From Acutalibacteraceae bacterium (GTDB lineage Bacteria > Bacillota > Clostridia > Oscillospirales > Acutalibacteraceae), in the NCBI GenBank assembly GCA_045535305.1, contig JAZSLJ010000007.1, positions 5,440 through 69,439 on the forward strand: a stretch of 64,000 bases of DNA, written 5' to 3'. The position numbers and the translations under genes are program-made. Positions 47,972-55,539 of this stretch are shown in pieces; position 1 is the stretch's first letter, and each line of letters starts with the position of its first letter. A model generated the notes under the pieces. It saw only the letters and a program-made list of their open reading frames with translations, was not told where the DNA came from and searched no databases.

Positions 47972-48805
47972 ATGGACAAAAGAATGTGCATAAATCTGAT
48001 TGAATCAACAATTCCGTTTATTGAACAGCTCCCTATTATAAAAAATGCAGGATTTGACGGCATTTTTTTGGATTGGGAAAGAAATATTGACTTACAGCCG
48101 ATTATAAACAAAGCAAGAGAGCTTGGGCTGTATGTGCAGTCGCTCCACGCACCTTTTTACGGAATGGACGATATATTTCACGATGATAAGGGCAGTCTTG
48201 CAGACAAAATGATAAACGACCTTATGGGGTCAATAGATTCCTGTGCCGAATTCGGTATCGAGCTGGTTATTTTTCATGCTGTTATCGGCATGGACAATCA
48301 CTCCCCCAACGAAAAAGGACTTGAAAGAATTAAAAAAGTTATTGAACACGCCGCTGAAAAGAATGTTCGTATTGCATTTGAAAACACAGAGGGTGAAGAA
48401 TATCTCAAAGCAATTCTTGACCGCTACGGCGACAGAGAACATATAGGTTTTTGCTATGATTCGGGACACGCAATGTGTTACAACTCCGGAAGTGATATAT
48501 TAGGCAAATTCGGCAAGTATCTTTTTTCAACGCATCTCAACGACAATATGGGACAGACCGAAGACGAAATAACATTCCACGATGATAACCATATGCTCCC
48601 CTTTGACGGAATTGGAGATTGGGAGAAAATTGCAAAACAGCTTAAAGAAAATAATTTCCAAGGTCCGTTTACATTTGAGCTTGTCAAAGGCAACCGCCCC
48701 AACAGAAACACAAACGACAGATATGTTGAAATGACCTTTGAAGAATATATCAAAGAGGCATACGAGAGAGCCGATAAGTTCAGGGAGATTTATGATAAAC
48801 AATAA
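47972..48805 (+). CDS. sugar phosphate isomerase/epimerase (xylose-isomerase-like TIM barrel)
   Basis: The general pattern (..FHA...AFEN.EGE...D.GH..) is typical of the AP-endonuclease-2/xylose-isomerase-like fold. The ATG at 47972 follows a GGAGGTG SD. Confidence 0.7.
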   Translation: MDKRMCINLIESTIPFIEQLPIIKNAGFDGIFLDWERNIDLQPIINKARELGLYVQSLHAPFYGMDDIFHDDKGSLADKMINDLMGSIDSCAEFGIELVIFHAVIGMDNHSPNEKGLERIKKVIEHAAEKNVRIAFENTEGEEYLKAILDRYGDREHIGFCYDSGHAMCYNSGSDILGKFGKYLFSTHLNDNMGQTEDEITFHDDNHMLPFDGIGDWEKIAKQLKENNFQGPFTFELVKGNRPNRNTNDRYVEMTFEEYIKEAYERADKFREIYDKQ

Positions 48806-48950
48806 TTCATCGGCTGATGCCGATAAAAATTAGTAATTAGTAATTAGCAATGAGTAATGGTGGAAAGGGCGTTGCCCTTTAACCCAATTTATATAATTTA
48901 AGCCCGTAGTGCTTCCTTAATTGCTCATTGCTCCCTGCTCATTGCTCATT
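48796..48950 (-). mobile_element. heptamer-arm TIR element, copy B (variant arms)
   Basis: TIR TAAACAATAATT (48796-48807). (T/G)AG(T/C)AAT x4 (48831-48858) faces ATTGCTC x4 (48920-48947). Core GGAAAGGGCGTTGCCCTTTAACCCAATTT (48862-48890) matches copies A and C. Confidence 0.6.
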
Positions 48951-48951
48951 A

Positions 48952-48991
48952 AACAATAACCGCACCGAGTAAATCGGTGCGGATTATTGTT
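48952..48991. terminator. long palindromic bidirectional terminator (CCGCACCGA hairpin, variant copy)
   Basis: AACAATAA-CCGCACCGA-GTAAA-TCGGTGCGG-ATTATTGT. It lies between the convergent isomerase and eutH genes. Confidence 0.7.
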
Positions 48992-50066
48992 ATTTTACTG
49001 ATTTTTCTGCTCTCTTATACATAAAATTCGCAGCCACAAGAGCGGCAATTCCGCCAACGAGCTTTCCTGCTATCATTGCGGGCAGATATTCCTTATCAAA
49101 TGCCATTGTAAAAGCAAGGTGATCCCCGAAAACAAAAGATGCTGATACCGTGAATGCCATATTCATCATTCTGCCTTTTTCGTTCATTTTGGCTGCAAGG
49201 TCGAAGGTGGGGATGCTGTTTGCAAGTGATGAAACAAGTCCGAGCACGCTGTTTTCATCAATATTGATTTTGTTGCCGATTACCGTAAAGGGCTTTCTGC
49301 AGATCTTTGAGATAAACGCTATAAAGGGAAAAACGCCCGCAAGAATAACGGCAATACCTGCAACTGTTGCGAATCCGTCCTCAACAGGTGTCATACCGGG
49401 TATAAGAGTTATGTCTGTTATATACTCAAATATACCTGCTGCAAGACCGACTGTGATTATTATTATAACAATTTTGCCGATAATACCGAATATTTTGCGG
49501 CACAGATCAGGCTTGACGGCAAGACCGATACAGGTAATCAATGCTACAAACAGAACGGGTATAAGATTAAGCATAAGCGTGCCGAAGGATATGCCAAGCA
49601 TAAGACCTGACACAATACAGCCCACGGGCATTGTAGCTATACCGCAAAGAATACCGTTAAGCACCTCTCTGTGATATTTTTCGTCAATAGTTTTGAGTGC
49701 AACGGGCACTGTAAAGCATATTGTACAGCCCATCATAGATGCCACAACAAGTCCGTTGAAGCTGCCTATTACATCGTCGGATGCCAGCACCTGCGAAATT
49801 GCAGCACCGCCCATATCGTTTGCTATAAAGCTGCCGATAAAGGACATATCTATATGCGTAAGGCTGCACATCGGCTCCAATACGGGAGTAAGCACCTGTG
49901 CAAGTGTGGGTGCAATACATATCATACCGACCATAGCAAGGGACAATGAGCCGCACGCCAGAATACCCTTTTCGAACTCCTCACCCAATTTAAGGTGATT
50001 GCCCGTTATGCGGTCAACGGCACCGATAACAGCAAAAACTGCAAATATCATTTCAAGAACTGCCAT
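48990..50066 (-). CDS. eutH: EutH-family ethanolamine permease-like membrane protein
   Basis: MAVLEMIFAVFAVIGAVDRITGN..GEEFEKG.. is an EutH-like N-terminus. The start was trimmed by 82 codons to the ATG at 50064-50066 behind a GGAG SD. Confidence 0.75.
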   Translation of the reverse strand: MAVLEMIFAVFAVIGAVDRITGNHLKLGEEFEKGILACGSLSLAMVGMICIAPTLAQVLTPVLEPMCSLTHIDMSFIGSFIANDMGGAAISQVLASDDVIGSFNGLVVASMMGCTICFTVPVALKTIDEKYHREVLNGILCGIATMPVGCIVSGLMLGISFGTLMLNLIPVLFVALITCIGLAVKPDLCRKIFGIIGKIVIIIITVGLAAGIFEYITDITLIPGMTPVEDGFATVAGIAVILAGVFPFIAFISKICRKPFTVIGNKINIDENSVLGLVSSLANSIPTFDLAAKMNEKGRMMNMAFTVSASFVFGDHLAFTMAFDKEYLPAMIAGKLVGGIAALVAANFMYKRAEKSVK

Positions 50067-50096
50067 AAAATTTCTCCGAATAATTTTTTCCGATGT

Positions 50097-50125
50097 AGTA
50101 TAACATAAAAAATAAATTAAATCAA
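50097..50125 (-). promoter_or_regulatory. eutH promoter
   Basis: TTGATT-17 nt-TATACT on the minus strand. Confidence 0.5.
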
Positions 50126-50247
50126 TAAATAAGTAGTTTATACAAAAAATAAACCGTACAAATTTATATGATTTCGCAAAAAGGTTATTGCAATTCCGTA
50201 GGGAATGCCCATTGGGCATTCCGTGCCGATTTTGAAATATAGCCACA

Positions 50248-50274
50248 TAAAAAACGGACCGCCAATGGCGGTCC
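50248..50274 (-). terminator. rho-independent terminator
   Basis: GGACCGCC-ATT-GGCGGTCC followed by GTTTTTT on the minus strand. Confidence 0.7.
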
Positions 50275-50320
50275 CTACTATATAAATTCAATTTTCTGCA
50301 AAGATAAAACAAACCGCACC

Positions 50321-50351
50321 GATTACTCGGTGCGGGATTTTGAGCGCACTC
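50321..50351 (+). repeat. 31-bp direct repeat, left copy (CCGCACCGA-TTAC-TCGGTGCGG hairpin)
   Basis: AAACCGCACCGATTACTCGGTGCGGGATTTT is identical to 50998-51028. Confidence 0.9.
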
Positions 50352-50407
50352 TGAATTTTCATAATCAAGATTACATAAACTACAATAAAGATTATCCGTA
50401 TTTTTAA

Positions 50408-50605
50408 TTAATCAAGATAATTCCAATATTTCCCGTTTCCGTAAAGATCATCTTCATCATAATGACCATTGCCATTATCATCATAGTACCCATCCTGATT
50501 ATAACTGTTTCCATTACTGTCTGTATACCATGTTGATTCACTTCCACAACTTCCTAAAATCGAAAAAAACACAACTAATGCAATAAATATAATTATACCT
50601 TTCAT
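50408..50605 (-). CDS. 65-aa putative lipoprotein with a D/N/G/Y-rich mature peptide
   Basis: GGAGGTG SD. MKGIIIFIALVVFFSILGSC has a lipobox-like LGSC, followed by GSESTWYTDSNGNSYNQDGYYDDNGNGHYDEDDLYGNGKYWNYLD. Confidence 0.5.
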   Translation of the reverse strand: MKGIIIFIALVVFFSILGSCGSESTWYTDSNGNSYNQDGYYDDNGNGHYDEDDLYGNGKYWNYLD

Positions 50606-50792
50606 AAACTTCACCTCCTTATTTCCTGAATGTTTTTTCAACAAACGGATAATAATTAAAAACAACAGTCAACTCAGCTCAAGCTTGACAGTTACACAAA
50701 AACCAAGTACTTTTGAATAATATTATACACCACTTTTGGTGTAAATGTCAATACACTAAATGTGGTGTATTATAATTTTATTGGTGATAATT

Positions 50793-50999
50793 ATGAAAGA
50801 ATATCCTGAAATAATACGGGAGCTTCGTGAAGATAATGATTTGAATCAAAGTGATGTTGCCGAAATTCTCGGTACTACTCAACAAGTATATTCACGCTAT
50901 GAAAAAGGAATAAATGAAATACCCGTAAGGCACATCATCACTCTTTGCAAATTTTACAAAGTAAGTGCCGATTATATCTTAGGACTTAAACAACAATAA
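50793..50999 (+). CDS. XRE-family HTH regulator (small)
   Basis: IIRELREDNDLNQSDVAEILGTTQQVYSRYEKG. It is divergent from the lipoprotein gene. TACACC..GGTGTA palindromes lie in the shared 5' region. Confidence 0.8.
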   Translation: MKEYPEIIRELREDNDLNQSDVAEILGTTQQVYSRYEKGINEIPVRHIITLCKFYKVSADYILGLKQQ

Positions 51000-51028
51000 A
51001 CCGCACCGATTACTCGGTGCGGGATTTT
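50998..51028 (+). repeat. 31-bp direct repeat, right copy (also the XRE terminator)
   Basis: Identical to 50321-50351 and followed by a T-run. Confidence 0.9.
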
Positions 51029-51382
51029 TTATTTATTGTTTTTTGCTGTTTTACAGGAAGCGACAAGTGCGGCTTTTATTCTTGAACATAAATTCTCTAA
51101 TTGTTTATATTGTTGTTCATCAATATATTTTGTTCTGTATAATATCAGCAACCAATACGATGTTTCGTTTGCCTCTTTAAGTGCAATTTCAAATTTTGCA
51201 ATAAAATCAGCCTTACTGTGAGCATATTGTGCCTCGTGAATATTTGCACCGATGCTTGTTCCGCTGCGACAAATCTGATTTGCAATTACAGATTACTGTT
51301 TCGATTTCAATATTTTTACCAATTCAACAATTTTCACTGAAAAATCTATTGATAAATCTACAAGCAAATTGCTTTCTTTTAT
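51029..51382 (-). pseudogene. four-helix-bundle protein (23S rRNA intervening-sequence protein / Avd-like family), disrupted
   Basis: Hand translation gives (ATA)KESNLLVDLSIDFSVKIVELVKILKSKQ-TAA-SVIANQICRSGTSIGANIHEAQYAHSKADFIAKFEIALKEANETSYWLLILYRTKYIDEQQY.. ATA sits where ATG is expected behind a GGAG SD, and there is an in-frame TAA at 51293-51295. Confidence 0.6.
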
Positions 51383-51400
51383 ACCGCTAACTCCTATAAA

Positions 51401-51590
51401 GATGATAGTTTAATCTTTGATTAAAATGATAGTGCAACAAGTTGCAATGATGGATTGAATGTAAACATTCAAAATGATGGGATGGTTGCAATCATTTGTC
51501 GAAGACAACCATCATTTGCGTAAGCAACTATCATAAACAAAGTGTCATCATTTGCCGAAGGCAACCATCATTTTGATTAAAAAATAATGA
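51401..51590. repeat. array of eight ATGAT(G/A)G boxes (4 forward, 4 reverse) alternating with small palindromes
   Basis: Forward boxes lie near 51401, 51425, 51447 and 51473. Reverse C(C/T)ATCAT boxes lie near 51510, 51528, 51546 and 51566. The interleaved hairpins are TGCAAC-AA-GTTGCA, TTGAATGT-AAA-CATTCAA, TTGTC-GAA-GACAA, TTGC-GTAA-GCAA and TTGCC-GAA-GGCAA. Confidence 0.7.
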
Positions 51591-51591
51591 A

Positions 51592-53109
51592 TTATTTTTT
51601 AATCAAAGACTCGCCTGTCATTTCTTTGGGCTGTGCAAGTCCCATCATATCAAGGAGTGTGGGGCAAAGGTCGCAGAGTCTGCCGCCGTCCTTAAGAGGA
51701 GCTGTCTGTCCGATTGTAACAACGGGTACGGGATTTGTTGAGTGAGGTGTAAATGCCTCGCCGTTTTCATCAATCATCTTATCAGCGTTACCGTGGTCAG
51801 CTGTGATAATCATTTTACCGTCCATTTTTGCAACTGCATCTGCGAGTCTGCCAACGCACTCGTCAACAGCTTCTACTGCTGCAACAGCTGCATCAAAAAT
51901 ACCTGTATGGCCAACCATATCGCAGTTTGCGTAGTTGATGATGATAACATCATACTTGCCGCTGAGAACCTGCTCAACAACTGCATCTGTTACCTCATAT
52001 GCACTCATTTCGGGCTTCAAATCAAATGTTGCAACGTCGGGAGAATTAATAAGAATTCTGTCCTCACCGGGGAACTGAGCTTCAACACCGCCGTTAAAGA
52101 AGAATGTTACGTGAGCATACTTCTGTGTTTCTGCAATACGGAGCTGTGTAAGACCGAGTGATGAAACGTATTCACCCATTGTCATAGTAAGGTCTTCGTT
52201 AGCAAATGCAACTGTTACATTAGGCATTGTTGCATCGTACTGTGTCATACAAACATAGTTAAGGGGGAAGAAGCCATTTCTTCTCTCAAAACCGTTGAAA
52301 TCGGGGTCAACGAACATTCTTGTAAGCTGTCTTGCTCTGTCGGGACGGAAATTGAAGCAGATAACGGAGTCATTCTCCTTAATCATACCCTCTTTATCAA
52401 TAACAACGGGAACAACAAACTCGTCTGTTACGCCGTTTGCGTAGGATTCTGCCATAGCCTTTACAGGGCAGTCGCACTGATTGCCTTCGCCGTAAACCAT
52501 AGCTGCATAAGCCTTTTCTTCTCTGTCCCATGCAAAATCTCTGTCCATAGCGTAGTATCTGCCGGAGATTGTTGCAATTTTACCGAGACCTGTTGCACTG
52601 AATTTATCAAGGCAATCCTGCATAAAGCCTTTACCTGATTCAACGGAAACATCACGGCCGTCTGTGATAGCGTGAACATAAACCTTGTCAAGACCCTTTG
52701 CCTTAGCCATATCAATAAGACCGAAAAGGTGCTCAATGTGGCTGTGAACACCGCCGTCGGAAAGAAGACCAACAAGGTGAAGTGCTGTTCCCTTTGCTTT
52801 ACAAGCATCCATAGCATCGGAAAGAGCTTTTACGTTTGCAAGCTCGCCGTCCTTGATTGTTTTTGAAATTTTAACGAGCATCTGGTAAACAACACGACCT
52901 GCGCCGATGTTTGTATGACCAACCTCAGAGTTACCCATCTGACCGTCGGGAAGACCTACGTCAAGACCTGATGCACCGATGAGTGTGTGAGGATTTTCTG
53001 CAAAAATTTTATCAAGGCAGGGAGTTTTTGCAAATTCAATTGCATTTCCCTTTGCTCCGGGATTTGAGCCGAAGCCGTCCATTATACAAAGAACATATGG
53101 TTTTTTCAT
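51592..53109 (-). CDS. gpmI: 2,3-bisphosphoglycerate-independent phosphoglycerate mutase
   Basis: ILDGFG-like MDGFG.., SEVGHTNIGAGR and ADHGNAD motifs. Confidence 0.95.
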   Translation of the reverse strand: MKKPYVLCIMDGFGSNPGAKGNAIEFAKTPCLDKIFAENPHTLIGASGLDVGLPDGQMGNSEVGHTNIGAGRVVYQMLVKISKTIKDGELANVKALSDAMDACKAKGTALHLVGLLSDGGVHSHIEHLFGLIDMAKAKGLDKVYVHAITDGRDVSVESGKGFMQDCLDKFSATGLGKIATISGRYYAMDRDFAWDREEKAYAAMVYGEGNQCDCPVKAMAESYANGVTDEFVVPVVIDKEGMIKENDSVICFNFRPDRARQLTRMFVDPDFNGFERRNGFFPLNYVCMTQYDATMPNVTVAFANEDLTMTMGEYVSSLGLTQLRIAETQKYAHVTFFFNGGVEAQFPGEDRILINSPDVATFDLKPEMSAYEVTDAVVEQVLSGKYDVIIINYANCDMVGHTGIFDAAVAAVEAVDECVGRLADAVAKMDGKMIITADHGNADKMIDENGEAFTPHSTNPVPVVTIGQTAPLKDGGRLCDLCPTLLDMMGLAQPKEMTGESLIKK

Positions 53110-53163
53110 AATTATATCATTCCTTTAAAAATCGGGCAGGTATTTCTCCTGCCCTAAATATTA

Positions 53164-53931
53164 TTATTTTGAAGCAGCTTTTACGATAATTGAGAAATCT
53201 GCAGCTTTAAGAGATGCGCCGCCGATAAGACCGCCGTCAACATCCTCCTGTGCAAGAAGCTCATCAGCATTAGCAGCGTTCATTGAACCGCCGTACTGAA
53301 CAACCATTTTATCAGCAGCAGCCTTGCCGTAAAGCTCTGCTACACACTCTCTGATAGCGTGGTTAACTTCGTTTGCCTGTTCAGCAGTAGCTGTTACACC
53401 TGTGCCGATTGCCCATACAGGCTCGTATGCGATGATGATGTTTGCAAGCTCTGCTTCGGAAACACCGCCAAGAGCAATCTTTGTCTGCATACGTACGATT
53501 TCTTCTGTAATGCCCTGATTTCTCTGTTCAAGGTATTCACCAACACAAAGAATTACGGTAAGACCTGCATCAAGAGCAGCTCTTGTTCTCTTCTGAACTG
53601 TTACGTCTGTTTCACCGAAATACTGTCTTCTCTCTGAATGACCGATGATAACGTAAGGAACGCCGATTTCTTTGAGCATTTTTGCAGAAACTTCACCTGT
53701 GAAAGCACCGCTTTCTGCCCAATGGCAGTTTTCAACACCGATTTTGATGTTTGAGCCCTCTGCTGCTTCCATAGCTGCAAATACGTCAATATAAGGAACG
53801 CAAAGAACAACATCACAATCTGCACCTGCTACGAGAGGCTTCATTTCTTCAATAATAGCCTTTGTTTCAGCAGGAGTTTTATTCATTTTCCAGTTACCTG
53901 CGATAACTGCTTTACGAAGAGCTTTATTCAT
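53164..53931 (-). CDS. tpiA: triose-phosphate isomerase
   Basis: AGNWKMN.., IGHSERR and AYEPVWAIGTG motifs. The start was set at MNKALRK. Confidence 0.95.
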   Translation of the reverse strand: MNKALRKAVIAGNWKMNKTPAETKAIIEEMKPLVAGADCDVVLCVPYIDVFAAMEAAEGSNIKIGVENCHWAESGAFTGEVSAKMLKEIGVPYVIIGHSERRQYFGETDVTVQKRTRAALDAGLTVILCVGEYLEQRNQGITEEIVRMQTKIALGGVSEAELANIIIAYEPVWAIGTGVTATAEQANEVNHAIRECVAELYGKAAADKMVVQYGGSMNAANADELLAQEDVDGGLIGGASLKAADFSIIVKAASK

Positions 53932-54002
53932 TTGAATATATCCTTTCAATATGTAGTGAAGAACGATTGCTCATTCTTCACCTACTTTAGTTTTATTTAA
54001 AA

Positions 54003-55205
54003 TTACTTGTTGTCGATGCAAGCGATACCGGGAAGATCTTTACCCTCAAGGAATTCGAGAGAGGCGCCGCCGCCTGTTGAAACGTGAGTCATCTTGTCGT
54101 TGAAGCCGAGCTTCTTAACAGCTGCTGCTGAGTCGCCGCCGCCGATGATTGAAACTGCGCCTGCATCTGTTGCAGCTGCAACAGCGTTAGCAACTGAAAT
54201 TGTACCTGATGCAAACTTTTCCCACTCAGAAACACCCATAGGTCCGTTCCAGATAACTGTGCCAGCACCCTGGAGTGCTTCAGCAAAGAGTTCTTCTGAC
54301 TTAGGACCGATGTCAAGACCCATCCAACCGTCGGGAATCTTGTCGCTGTCTACGATTTCACATTCTGTATCGGGCTTGTATTCTGTACCAATTCTGTTAT
54401 CAATGGGAATAAGGAACTTAACGCCCTTTTCTTCAGCAAGCTTCATCATGCTCTTGGCAAGCTCAATCTTATCTTCTTCACAGATTGATGTACCAACTGA
54501 ATGGCCCTGTGCTGCGAAGAATGTGTAAGCCATACCGCCGCCTACGATAAGAGTATCAACCTTTTCCATAAGGTTTTCGATAACGCCGATTTTGTCAGAA
54601 ACCTTTGCACCGCCGAGGATAGCAACGAAGGGTCTTGCAGGATCTTCAAGAGCCTTACCCATAACGTCAACTTCCTTCTGCATAAGGTAGCCGATAGCTG
54701 ACTCCTCAACAAAAGCTGCTACACCTGCTGTTGAAGAATGTGCTCTGTGAGCTGAACCGAAAGCATCGTTTACAAAAATATCTGCAAGAGCAGCAAACTT
54801 TTTGCTGAGCTCTTCATCGTTCTTTGTTTCGCCCTTTTCAAAACGTACGTTTTCAAGGAGCATAGCTTCGCCGTCTTTGAGTTCTGCAGCGAGAGCCTGT
54901 GCAGACTCGCCTACTACGTCCTTTGCAAGCTTAACCTCGATACCGAGATACTTTGAAAGACATTCTGCAACGGGTGCCATTGAGAATTCGGGGTTGAATT
55001 CACCCTTAGGTCTGCCAAGGTGAGAGCAAAGGATAACTTTTGCATTGTTATCAAGCAAATACTTGATTGTGGGAAGAGAAGCAACTACTCTCTTATCGCT
55101 TGTGATAACGCCGTTTTCCATTTTAACGTTGAAATCACAACGTACAAGCACTTTCTTGCCTGCAACATTTAAATTTTCAATAGTTTTCTTGTTTAAAACG
55201 CTCAT
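54003..55205 (-). CDS. pgk: phosphoglycerate kinase
   Basis: VRCDFNV.., SHLGRPKG and GGGDS..A motifs. Confidence 0.95.
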   Translation of the reverse strand: MSVLNKKTIENLNVAGKKVLVRCDFNVKMENGVITSDKRVVASLPTIKYLLDNNAKVILCSHLGRPKGEFNPEFSMAPVAECLSKYLGIEVKLAKDVVGESAQALAAELKDGEAMLLENVRFEKGETKNDEELSKKFAALADIFVNDAFGSAHRAHSSTAGVAAFVEESAIGYLMQKEVDVMGKALEDPARPFVAILGGAKVSDKIGVIENLMEKVDTLIVGGGMAYTFFAAQGHSVGTSICEEDKIELAKSMMKLAEEKGVKFLIPIDNRIGTEYKPDTECEIVDSDKIPDGWMGLDIGPKSEELFAEALQGAGTVIWNGPMGVSEWEKFASGTISVANAVAAATDAGAVSIIGGGDSAAAVKKLGFNDKMTHVSTGGGASLEFLEGKDLPGIACIDNK

Positions 55206-55402
55206 TGTAAAATCTCCTTATATAAAGAATTTTTATAACTAAACTGACACAATATATTTTATTATATTGTGAAAAATTTATCAAGTGGCAATTCCGCCAA
55301 ATCATTAAATGCGGTAAGCACAATTATTTGTATATATAATATACCCAAATTAATGCATTATAGGCACAGTATAACAATTTTTATAGCAAAATGCAATATT
55401 AA

Positions 55403-55539
55403 TAAACAAGAATTTATCTAATTAACAATGTACAATGTATAATGTACAATGAAGGAAAGGGCTTCGCCCTTTAACCCGATTTTTATAATTCAATAATTGT
55501 ACATTGTAAATTGTACATTGTACATTAAATTATTGTTTA
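55403..55539 (-). mobile_element. heptamer-arm TIR element, copy C (inverted, near-identical to copy A)
   Basis: The reverse complement aligns with 30324-30460 over all 137 nt with about 10-12 differences by hand alignment. One TIR is intact and the other has one substitution (TAAACAAGAATTT). Confidence 0.7.

Noticed and set aside
50067-50312. 82-codon N-terminal extension of the eutH ORF
   Set aside because: The extension runs through a promoter and two terminator-grade hairpins. The conserved EutH N-terminus and a GGAG SD sit at 50066.
51036-51221. 61-aa plus-strand ORF
   Set aside because: It is antisense to the clearly recognisable, though disrupted, four-helix-bundle gene. It has no SD.
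51401-51590. ATGATGG array, or the heptamer arrays at 30337/48831/55421, as CRISPR arrays
   Set aside because: The repeats are 7-8 nt with spacers of 0-20 nt, arranged as inverted blocks. No cas genes are present. The geometry is not CRISPR-like.
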